Shown here one piece after another: positions 52,895 to 64,000 of a DNA stretch of 64,000 nt. The position numbers and the translations under genes are program-made. Position 1 is the first letter of the stretch. The number at the start of each line of letters is the position of its first letter. The DNA lies in contig CM022670.1 in the NCBI GenBank assembly GCA_012295275.1, forward strand, positions 38,316,001 to 38,380,000. The letters run 5' to 3'. The notes below the pieces were generated by a model. It ran no database searches. It was given only the letters and a program-made list of their open reading frames with translations, and was not told the origin of the DNA. This stretch comes from Chrysomallon squamiferum. Its lineage: Eukaryota; Animalia; Mollusca.

Positions 52895-55800
52895 AATAAA
52901 TTAAGTTCGGATTAGATCAGTCTAGACTTGTTAAAAATGAATGTATACTGAATATATGAAGTTTTAAATGGCTCTGATCATAAACCAGACTTATTCAAAA
53001 TGTATAAATGAGAACTTATAAACCATTTATATTAATTCTAAATATTGTAGTGACAGACATCGCTAATAGCTGTAACTGAATTAATTGTAATTTCATATTC
53101 ATATAGAAAACAATCTGTTAGACTGTTCTAAGATTTAAAATTTAAAAAGAACAACAAAAATTATTAATTATTAAAGAAGGCACAGAGAAAGAACAGCATA
53201 TCAAAATTATATTACAACTGCATGTATAATCTACCAAATTACTTTCATTACATGGGAGATAAGATTTATTGAAAATAACTTTATTTGTATTTAAAATAAC
53301 AGCCACAATGTGTACAGATAAGTAATAATGACTGTTAAGGATAGTTTGCATTAATTCAGTAGAATATTCCGTAATATTCAAGATTATTTCCAGTACCAAT
53401 GATATTAAACAAAGTCAAAACCTTTTCTATTAGGAGATCCATGAATGTTTTCTTAATAATTTAAATCGTATTGTTTTTGTTTTTTCAATCTAAAGTAAAT
53501 AAAAACTTTTTTATTTTTTCAAGCAGTGGTACTATAATCAGAAATGAAATCATTATCTTCTTAATATTTTGAATATTTAATATAAAGTCTGAGTTTGTCA
53601 TTTTGATAATGAACAGATATGACATATTTGTTTTCTGCAAAACTTTTTCTTTAGTCTCCACAAAATAGAAAATAATGGGAAAACAATTACTGTATTATAG
53701 ATTTTGACATTTTGTAGGTAATTGAAAATAGGAAACAGAGATATAATATTTGAATTTCAGTGTGCTTCTTAATTCATATCAATCAGTAATTTGTTTCTGA
53801 TCAGAAATGTAAGGTGTGCATAAGCATTGGCATATCAGTGATTCATTTTTGTATGTTGTAATTCAGAATTATCTTTTCATCATTTTAGTATACATACTTT
53901 GAAAATAGGAATTGGCTAAGAAACTAGGGTTGACTGCCCTCATGGAACAAAATAATACACCATAAAAATTTAGTTTTTGCATTTTTAAATTATAAAAATG
54001 GCATTACAAATTTGGTACTGAAGGCACATACCTAAACCCAGATTTACCACTAACTTGAAATGAAATTATTTAATGAAAATAAATTATTCTTACTACATTT
54101 TATGTATGTGTGTGTATGAGAATGTATGCATACTTTTTTGTGAGATTTTAAAGTAATGACTGATGTTTTGTTTAATTGGCAGAATTAAGGCAACGTCAAC
54201 TTAAATATGGTATTAAAAATGGCTTACGGTTAGAAAATGAAGAGATGATGGTAGAGGCTATAGAAAGATACAAACAGTTCAATCCACCAGAAGATGATCC
54301 AGTTCTAAAAGAGGCACTAGAAGACTTAAACAATTTCAGACTGAAAAAGTTACGTAAACAAATAGAGGCTGATATTAACAAGGCAGTTCAGTTGGAAGAT
54401 GCAAACCTATTAGAACAACTCATACAAAAATATCTTGAAACCAACCCGCCAGCAGATGATCCTGTTCCTAAAAAAGCACAAGAAGAGCTTGAAAGGATTA
54501 AAATGAAACAGCTACGCTCAAAAATAAAAGAAGAAATAGATGATGCACTTAAAAAGGGAGATGAACATTTACTACAAGATGCTATAAACAAATATCGTAA
54601 TACAAATCCACCAAATGATGATGATGTTGTAAAGAAAGCAGAAGATGGCTTGAAAAAGCTTAAACATAATAATCTTTACATCACATTAAAAAATGATCTA
54701 GAAGATGCTCTGACTAAAAAAGATATACCATTTCTTGAAGATACCATAAAAAAATACTGTTCATCAAATCTAGATCAGGAAGATCCCATTCTGAAAAAAG
54801 CAATAGAAGAATTGGAAAATCTTAAGAAGGAACGAGAGCGAGAACAAATAAAAATTGATATTGACAATGCAGTAAAGAAGGGTGATATGAAGCAACTAGA
54901 AGAGGCTATCAAAAAGTATCTTCAAACAAATCCACCGAAAAATGATCCTGTTCTGAAGAAAGCTATGGAAGATTTGGAAAGACTCAAACATGAACACCAA
55001 CTTGAATTGGCAAAGGATCAGATTGAAAAAGCACTGAAAATGAATGATGAAAAGTTACTTGAAGAGGCTATTGCAAAATATGAAGAAATAGGAGACAAAC
55101 GTGATCCATTTCTTATGAAAGCAATAGATGAGTTAAAGAAACTAAAACACAAAAATGAATGTGCAAAAATTCAGGGAGAGATTGAATATGCAGTGAAAAT
55201 GGAAGATGAACAGCTACTAGAAGATGCTATCAAAAGATATCAAGAATTAAATCCAGATAAAAAGGATCCCATTTTAAATAAAGCCATAGAGGAGTTAAAA
55301 AGGATTAAACAGAAACAAGTTAGCAGCAAATTAAAACATGATATTGAAGATGCATTGCAAAAGGGTGATGATAATCTTCTGGAAGAGGCAATCAAAAGAT
55401 ATGCTTCCGCAGTAGGAAAAGATGATCCATTTTTGATCAAAGCACAAGATGAGTTGAAAAAACTTAGAAATAAAAAAGCTCAGGAAAAAGCAAAGGAAGA
55501 ACTTGAAGAAGCTTTGAAAACACAGGATATACCTGCGATTGAAAAAGCTATTAAGAGATATCACGATTCTTGTCTCAACAAAGATGATCCAGTTTTAGTG
55601 AATGCTATGAAAGAATTAGAAGATCTTAAATTAAAAGAGCGTCGTAAACATTTGGCAGATGCAATTAAAAATGCATTGAAATCAGGTGATGAGGATCAAA
55701 TTGAGGAAGCTATTAAAAAATACCAGCAAACAAAACCCCCAGAAGATGACCCAGTATTAGTCAAAGCACAAGAAGAGTTAAAAACACTTAAACTGAAAAA

Positions 55801-58800
55801 TGCTCGTGATAAAATTGAAGATGAAATTAATAAAGCAATTAGTAATGGGGATGTATATAAGCTTCAGAAAGCTATTAAATGTTACAAACAAACAAGTCCA
55901 GATGAAGATGATCCTGTACTGGAGAAAGCAGAAAAAGCACTAGCAAACCTAAATAAAATGAAGGCTCGTCACGAAATAGAAGAAGAAATTAAAGCTGCAG
56001 TAAAAGCAGGTAGTAAAGAGACACTGAAAAAAGCCATACAGAAATATAAAGACACTAATCCAGATGAAGATGATCCAGTTCTTGTGGCTGCAATTAAAAG
56101 CTTGAAAGAACTAGAGATGAAACAGTTACGAGAAAAATTAAAGGAAGATATGGAACAGGCTGTAGTTCAAGATGATGAGGAATTAATGGAAAAGATCATT
56201 AAAGAATACCGTGAAACAAGACCACGAAAAGATGACCCTGTTCTGAAAGAAGCTTTAGAAGACTTGAAGGAAATGAAAACGAGACATCAACGTGAAAAAA
56301 TAGAAAAGGACATGAGGAATGCTGTGAATGCCGAAGATGATAAGCTGCTGGAGAAAGCAATCAAAGAATACATGGATACATACCCCAAAGATGATGATCC
56401 AGTTTTGAAGAAAGCACAAGAAGACTTGAAACGTATTAAAAAAAATAGTTATCGTAACAAATTAATAGCTGAAATTGATAGTGCTGCAAGTGCAGGTGAT
56501 GAGAAGCTTTTAGAAGAAGCAATTAGAAAGTACTTGGATACAAAACCAGAAAAGGATGACCCAGTTCTGTTGAAAGCACAGGAAGACTTGAAGCAGCTTA
56601 AGTTAAAAAGCCTTCGTAGCAGTTTAGAAGAACAAATTCAAAATGCATTGCATCAAGGGGATGAAGAATTACTTGATCAAGCCATCAAAAAATACCTGGA
56701 AACAAAGCCCAGCAAGGATGACCCAGTACTGGTAAAGGCATTAGAAGCACAAAAACAACTTAAACAGAAAAAACATCGCAAACAATTAGAGGACGAAATT
56801 AAAAAGGCAATACATGCAGGCGATCTACATAAATTAGAAGCTGCGATTAAAAAGTTTAGTGAAGTAGCTGACAACGATGATCCACTTCTACAGAAAGCAC
56901 AGTCTGAGTTGATCAACCTCAGAGGTAAAGCAGTGCGAAATAAATTAAAAGAAGAAATTGAAAATGCAATAAATAAGGGTGATGAGAATCTACTAGAAGA
57001 GCTGATCCAAAAGTACCTAGAGACAAATCCAGATAAAAATGATCCAGTACTGAAGAATGCACAAGATGTCTTGAAGAGACTTAAAACAGGTCACATACGT
57101 GCTAAAATAGAGGAAGAGATTAGAGCTGCAGTGAGAACAGGTGATGAACAAAGACTGGAAGAGGCCATTAAACAATTCCAGGAAACTAACCCAAAACACG
57201 ATGATCCAGTTCTAGTCAAAGCACTAGAAGACTTGAACAAAATTAAACTGAAAAATCAACGTAATAAAATACAGGAAGAAATTGAAAATGCTGTGAGCAA
57301 TGAGGATCTACAACTGCTTGAAGAAGCCATAAAGAAATACCGTGAAACAAAACCAGCAGCAGATGATCCTGTGCTGAAGAAGGCACTGGAAGATTTGAAT
57401 AACATAAAACTAAAACAGGAACGCAATAAAATAAAAGAGCAGATAGATAAAGCTCTGCAGGATCAGGATCCAGTTGCACTAGAAAAGGCTATAAAGAAAT
57501 ATCAAGACACAGATCCAAGGGATAATGATCCAGTTCTGAAGAAGGCAATCGATGACTTGAAAGAGCTGAAAAAAAAAATAATACGTTACAAAGCACTGAA
57601 AGAAATGGAAGAAGCTCTGGAATATGGTGATGAACAGGCTCTAGAAGAGGCCATCAAAAAATACCGGGATACAAAACCACCATCAGATGATCCAGTTCTG
57701 CTCAAGGCCCTGGAAGATCTAAAGGATCTAAAATTAAAAAATCTTCGTGCCAAATTTGCATCTGAAATTGATACGGCAGTAAATAATGATGATGAACAGA
57801 TGTTAGAAAAGGCTTTAAAAAAATACCTAGAAACAAAGCCAAAGAAAGATGACCCAGTTGTGATAAAAGCACAGCAATCATTAAATTATATGAAGCAGAA
57901 ACATCATTTAAAAAAAATAGAAGAAGAAATTAATGAAGCTATTCATGCAGGTGATGAACAAAAGCTGGAAAATGCAATAAAAAAATATTCTGAAATTTGT
58001 CAGAATGAAAATGACCCAGTCTTGGTGAAGGCTAAAGAGGAATTGAACGACCTGAAAGTAAAAAAATTACGTAATAGGATAAAGGGCGAAATTGAACAGG
58101 CAGTCAGGAAGGAAGATGAACAACAACTTGATGAGGCCATCCAAAAATACATGGATACAAACCCAGACAAAAATGATCCAGTTTTGAAAAAAGCCCAGGA
58201 AGACTTAAAGAAACTGAAGTTTAAAAATCTCCGAAATACTTTAGAAAATGATATTAAAAATGCTTTAAGATCAGGTGATGAGCAGAAAATGGAAGAGGCT
58301 ATCCAAAAGTATCAGGAATCAAACCCTGCGAAAGATGATCCAGTTCTGATCAAAGCACTAGAAGACTTGAAAGAACTTAAATTGAAACATTTGTGCAAAA
58401 AGTTAAAAGAAGACATTGATAAGGCTATTGCAAATGATGATCTAAAGCTGTTGGAAGAGGCCATCGAGAAATACCCAGACAAAAATGACCCAGTTTTTAA
58501 AAAAGCATTAGAAGAATTGGAAAAACTTAAATTAAAACAGCAGCGACAACAATTAGAGAATGAATTTCATGATGCTATGAATGCGGAAGATGAAAATCTT
58601 GCAGAAAAAGCATTAGAGAAGTACATGGAAACTAAGCCCAAAAAGGATGATCCTTTTCTCAGGAAAGCACAAGACGACTTGAAAAAGCTGAAAACAAAAC
58701 ATCAGCGTAATCAACTAGAACAGGAAATCGAACAGGCTATAGAGAAGGGGGATGAACACATGTTAGAAAAGGCATTAAAAAAATACCAGGAAACAAGGCC

Positions 58801-60847
58801 AAAGAAAGATGATCCTGTTTTGATGAAAGCACAAGAAGCATTAGATAAGCTTAAATTACAAAATCATTTAAAGAAATTAGAAGATGATATGAAAAATGCA
58901 TTAAATGAAGGTGATGAACAGAAATTGGAAGCAGCAATAAAGAAGTATCAGGAAATATGCCCAGACAAAAATGACCCTGTTTTAATCAAAGCTTTACAAG
59001 ACTTGAAGGATCTAAAAACAAAAAATAAACGTAATAAAATTGAGGAGGATATTAATAAAGCAATTAAAGATGGTGATGAACATATGCTTGAGAGAGCCTT
59101 AAATAAATATAAAGAAACCAATCCAGACAAAAATGATCCAGTTCTGATTAAGGCAGAAAGAGAATTGGCAAAACTTAAGCTTTCTAATATACTAGAGCAC
59201 GCATTAAGGAATGGAGATGAAAAGAAGTTGGAAGAAGCCATCCAAAAATACAAGGATACAAATCCTGACAAAAATGATCCTCTTTTAAAGAAGGCAGAAG
59301 AAGACCTGAAAAATCTTAAACTGGCTAAACAAAGACACTTAATAGAAGAAGAAATTCGAAATTCTGCTGGAGATGAAAAGAAGCTAGAAGAAGCACTCAA
59401 TAAGTACAAGGCAACAAATCCAGATCCAAATGATCCTGTGTTGCTGAAAGCACAAAAGCAATTAGATGAACTTAAACTGAAAAATAAGAGAGATGCAATA
59501 CACAAGGAAATAACAGATGCAGTCAAAAATGGAGATGACAAGAAATTAGAAGAAGCTGTTAAAAAATACCAAGACACAAATCCCGACGTGAATGATCCAG
59601 TCTTGAGAAAGGCTTTAGAAGATTTGGAGAGAATCAAAACTGAAAATCGCCGAAAGAAAATAGCAGATGATATGAAAAAAGCAATAGAGGCAGGAGATGA
59701 GAAAGCACTAGAACAAGCCATTGCAGAATACAGAGAAACCAATCCTGATAGCGATGATCATGTTCTGGTGCAAGCATTAAAAGATTTAGAAAAAGTTAAA
59801 CTAGATAATCACCGTAAAAACATACAGCAAGAATATCAAAATGCAATGAATTCTCATGATGTTGACAAAGCAGAAGAGGCCTTGAAACAGTACCTAGAAA
59901 CCAACCCAGACAGGAATGATCCATTTGTGAGAAAAGCTGAGGAAGACCTTAAGGCCTTAAAAGAACAAATAGAATTAGAAAATCATCGTAAAGATCTGCA
60001 GAAACAGTTAGATGAGGCATTTGCAGAAGGAGATGAGAAGAAGGTAGAAGAGCTCATCAGGCAATATCAGGAAACAAATCCAGGGCCTGAGGATACAGTT
60101 GTGAAAGATTCAAAAGAGAAACTGGAAAAGCTGAAGGAGGAAAATGGTAAGATTAAATTATATAGAACTGCATTCACACTAGTAAACATTAACTAACACT
60201 GTTAATAACTGAAATAAATACTAATAACAAGAAATATAAAATAATAATAATAATTTAAAAAAAATTAAAAAGTAATAATAATAATAATAATAAAGCAAAA
60301 CTAAAAAAACCCACCAAAACCACCCCAAAAAACATAAAAAATCTATAAAATAAAAATATAAAATTGCACCACAAATTTGAAATGGATTACCACAGTGGTT
60401 TATGTAAAAACATTATGAATACCTTTTTGAATTGGACTCACATTTATATAATGGGAAAACCATTTGACTGAAATTATTTCATGCTGTTTTTAGAGATGTA
60501 AAAAGTATGTAATGGAATAATAGTTCTTGCATTCCATCTAACACAGAATAACTAGCATGGGTTGGGACTAGTAAACTTTACTCAGACCTAGTGTAGTGTG
60601 TTGATATATATTGTTTATAGTTGTAAGCATTAGATATCTAAATATAAGAATTACTCAGTAGTCTTTGTATATTCCAAGAAACTGAGAGAATATGAAGCAA
60701 CATGTAATAGTTACCAAATTATTTATTAATAATGTTATTATTATTATTATTACTACTTTAATATTATTATCAATATCATTATTATTATTAATATTATTAC
60801 TATTACTATTATTGTTATTATTATTACTATTATTATTATTGTTATTA

Positions 60848-60879
<32 letters not shown>

Positions 60880-63788
60880 GAAGTTAATACTGTATCTTCT
60901 TACATGGCAGAGAAACTGCGAGTGAAGTTAAATGAAGAGATTAAGAATGCTCTTGCAAATGGTGATGACAAACGCCTGGCTGAACTCACGGCAAAATTCA
61001 GAAAGTTAAACCTAAACGATGAGAATCGTGAAGTTTTGAGAAAAGCTCAGGAACGTGTTGACTATCTTCAGACAAAAGAAGGTGAGCATGTTGAGGCGAG
61101 CGGTAAGCTGGTCTTGAGAAAGAAAATTACTGAGACTAATCCTGTGAATAAATGAACATTTTAACATGTACTCTAATCTTAATATCTATTAATGAACTTT
61201 TTGTTATTGATTATGTAGCAATGGACCGACCTGTTGCATGCACCTTCTCATAAACATATACACTGGTGTGTGTGTTTTTATTATAAAGCTGGTTGTGTGT
61301 CTTTGACAAATGGTGTGAGAAATAAACTGAATATGACTCATCCTGTGATCTGTCTCTTCTCTCAGCAGAGAAAAAGCAGGTTGAAAAGAATCAATCCAGT
61401 GATTTCAGTGTGGACTGTGTGGAGTATAGATCCATCTCCTTGCTGAATATACAGTCTGGATAACAACAGTTCTAACCAATAAATAGCATATATTTGTAGT
61501 GTGTGTGTATGTGCAGCTACAATGCATTTACATGACATTTACTATCACACTACAGCTATTAGATTGTTAATAACAATTACTGTTTTTGTTTTTATTGATG
61601 TTATTATTTTTAAAGTGGTAAGTCATAGGATTTTTGGTGAATATCCCAAATCATCTTTGTTTGTAAGTCGAAACGAAAAGTTCATTGTACACCACAAGTG
61701 TATGAATTTGAATTTTTCTTTTCTTTTTCATTTTCAATTTTTATGATTTTTTTTTTATTTATTTATTAATTTAATTTGTTGTTTTTATTTCTTTTAAACA
61801 TTTCCACTCTCGTCTAACAGATCTAGTTAAAGCATGTGAGACCCGTGACCTGAAGACATTAAGAGATGCCATGAAAAAGGCAGAGAATATGGGAGACAAA
61901 GGCATTATAGCCAAGTATCGGGAAGCAGCCCGCGTAGAAATGAAGCGCATGGAAGAGTCGGAAAAACTTCTGAAAAACATCATGTCAGTGGAGCACACAA
62001 AAGTCTCTGAGATGAAGAGCTATCCGAAACCAAACTTACGAGTACAGGTTACCATGGCAGCAACGCTGGTTCTTCTGGGCACCCCTCAGCATGAAGTCAA
62101 CGTTAGTAATGATTGATTTACTGTTTCATTAAGAAGTCAAATTCTCTCTTGATGATTACATGTTTGTGTATCATCTATAAAACAAATATGTACGTGCACA
62201 CGCCTGTTCACCTTTTGAACCCACAAACCACACTGTAGATAAGCTGTTCTGCATATTAACATGGCCGTTATATTTGTGCAGTAAGAGTTTTTGAGAAATA
62301 TCTTTTACAGAATGTTTATTATGTTGGTTTTTTTTTTTTTTTTTTTTTTATATTTAATGTGTATGAAGGAATGGATGTTTGTGGCATTCATGCAAAGGAA
62401 GTTTTGTGTGAAATTTTTATGCATGGTTATATAAATAAGCAGAATATTTGTATTGTTATGTGACTGACTACATCTTGATATTGATGTGGTAATATATTTG
62501 AAGGAGTGGGTATATATGAAATGTCATCCAATAAGGGACTATTGATTACAAGTGGATATTAACTGGTTGCTTTTCTTACAGAACTGGCATCATTTGTAGG
62601 AACTGATTTAATGCTGTGGATATTAAATATAAATGCTTATGTTTCTTACAGAACTGGCATCATTTGTAGGAACTGATTTAATGCTGTGGATATTAAATAT
62701 AAATGCTTATGTTTCTTACAGAACTGGCATCATTTGTAGGAACTGATTTAATGCTGTGGATATTAAATATAAATGTTTCTTACAGAACTGGCATAATACA
62801 GTTACGCTGGTGTGGAAGATTGGAAAGGATGGGCTCCTTAAAAAAATGATGACTTTTAATCCAGCTGATATGCCTTTATCACTTGCCAAAACAGCCAGGA
62901 GCATCCTTGGAGGTCTCACACTGAAAGAAATCAGAAGTGCCAGTTCTAGTGCAGCTTCTTTTTTTGAATGGGTAAGTCATAAATCAAGATCATATGACTT
63001 GCACGCTCTCTCTCTCTCTCTCTAAGGATATTTCAAAACAAACGTGACTCATATCACTGGTGCCGTTTGACTTTCAAACTAATTCTCTTGTCAAAAGAGG
63101 TGTGTTTAAACCATCATTCATTTCTTTACAGACAGATCATATGATAAAAGAAATACAGGATGTCAAAGGAGAAGGTGACACTGACTTGAACAAATTAAGA
63201 GGTAAGTACTGTTGTTCCAACTCTTATCAAGTAATATTTAGCAGTAGCAGGATTTCAGAAAAAAATATCATACATGGACCCACCATGGAGGATGGGGATC
63301 AGGATATGCAACTCTATTTTATGCTAACCAGTGTTTTAGTTTGTAATTCAGTATTTTTCATTATGATGGTGTGAGAAATCCTTACACTTCTGTCATTTTC
63401 TGTCAAGATAATTATAATTATTATCTAACTTTATTTTCTCATGACTAGAAATTCATATATTTACTTACAGTATTATTTTACCTAATCAAATCTGGGTCAT
63501 TTCTGTTATGGATGCTGTAAACCATATAAGAAACTATCTCTTCAGCTCATGCTTTTTTTTTTTTTTTTTCCTTAATTTTTAAACTAATAACCGAATAGAA
63601 TAATTAAAAATAATATTATTTATAGACTTACAAGTAAGTAACTTTTATTTCAACCGATTTGTTTTTCAGTTATTATTGATAAATTTAAATCACTTTTAAA
63701 ATGCAAGAATTTAATTTTTATTTATTTTTGTTTTTTAAATGTTTTAATGACAGTTTTGAATGAGGTGAAATCATCAGAAAATCTATAA
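40308..63788 (+). CDS. Giant hillarin/kyphoscoliosis-peptidase(KY)-like protein (~3,050 aa): myristoylation motif, microexon-coded N-terminus, inactive transglutaminase-like domain, KY-type beta domains, 37 helical repeats, dynein-MTBD-like C-terminus
   Basis: Exons 40308-40349, 40912-40950, 41246-41320, 43087-43125, 43437-43511, 45290-45328, 45653-45726, 46368-46403, 46771-46818, 47237-47299, 47809-47868, 48312-48368, 48739-48849, 49283-49508, 49880-51351, 54183-60146, 60911-61081, 61821-62101, 62786-62971, 63132-63201, and tentatively 63754-63788. KY/hillarin motifs: SDLEKVRAIFLW, LFYAMCR..IPCKIVRGMTKS.AYELG, WNAVCIDDNWFLIDVLWA, NEFYFLPDADQLIYTHFPD..WQLLKQPITVDEFE. The core (48739-63201) is well supported; the microexons and last exon are less certain. 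Confidence 0.85.
40400..46320 (+). repeat. Tandem segmental triplication, unit ~2.2 kb, each unit carrying two short exons
   Basis: Shared anchors GAATGAATTCAC (~40605, 42792, 45002), AGAAAAAGTATCC (~40927, 43102, 45305) and GCAAGCAACCCAGATC (~41271, 43462, 45677). The third copy lacks ~530 nt at ~46030. Confidence 0.93.
46420..47010. repeat. Degenerate (GTA/GTG)n trinucleotide tracts in introns
   Basis: Direct low-complexity runs following the microexon donors. Confidence 0.85.
52852..52892. repeat. (CA)n microsatellite
   Basis: Direct dinucleotide run. Confidence 0.95.
54183..60146 (+). repeat. Coding tandem array: 37 units of ~54 aa (162 nt) in one 5,964-nt exon
   Basis: Consensus about LRxKIEEEIxxAIxxGDExLLEEAIKKYxETNPxKDDPVLxKAxEDLKxLK. 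37 DP-type turn motifs counted by eye; the first two GATGATCC are at 54293 and 54455 (162 nt apart). Confidence 0.95.
60735..60880. repeat. (TTA)n degenerate microsatellite
   Basis: Direct run immediately upstream of the 60911 acceptor. Confidence 0.9.
62572..62794 (+). repeat. 70-nt tandem repeat (3 units plus partial) duplicating a splice acceptor
   Basis: TTTCTTACAG|AACTGGCAT with the acceptor G at 62581, 62651, 62721 and 62785. Confidence 0.95.
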
Positions 63789-64000
63789 AGCATGGAAGAA
63801 GACAATCTGTCAAGCGGAGTGGGCAGTGAAGAAAAAACACCACCATTGCAATCAACACATTATCAACCACTTGATTTTTTTTTTTTTTATGTGCCTGCAA
63901 GCTGACGTCATTGTGCAAATGATTTCCTGATTTATGTAGCATCGTCTTTAGGATTCTGTGACACAGCAATGGATGTTAACAGTTCACCAGTCTGAGTTAA

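Noticed and set aside
54196-59742. Minus-strand ORFs (up to 264 aa) over the giant exon
   Set aside because: Antisense shadows of a repetitive K/E/D-rich coding strand; Ser/Phe-rich with no independent signal.
54176-60196. 2006-aa ORF as a stand-alone intronless gene
   Set aside because: It starts at TTG rather than ATG and is bounded by phase-compatible splice sites (54183, 60146) linking it to flanking KY-like exons.
62572-62794. CRISPR-like array
   Set aside because: Units are identical head-to-tail with no unique spacers, in a eukaryotic intron with no cas genes.

Overview
AT-rich, intron-rich animal genomic DNA (invertebrate, probably lophotrochozoan/mollusc-like; this is an inference from gene content and style). 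Five spliced protein-coding genes can be built by hand: RAE1 (minus strand, runs off the left edge); a two-exon, bacterial-type tRNA 2-selenouridine synthase (SelU/MnmH) with a mitochondrial-presequence-like N-terminus; ERI3 exoribonuclease (minus strand); ZFYVE9/SARA (plus strand); and a roughly 3,050-aa hillarin/KY-like protein. That last protein has an N-myristoylation motif, an N-terminus built from tandemly duplicated microexons, a pseudo-transglutaminase domain, a single 6-kb exon with 37 x 54-aa helical repeats, and a C-terminal domain resembling the dynein microtubule-binding domain. The two top findings are the intron-containing animal SelU (a possible mitochondrial seleno/geranyl-tRNA pathway) and the giant putative membrane-to-microtubule tether. 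Four single-base frameshifts in three of the genes suggest assembly indel errors. All homologies come from recalled motifs, not database searches.
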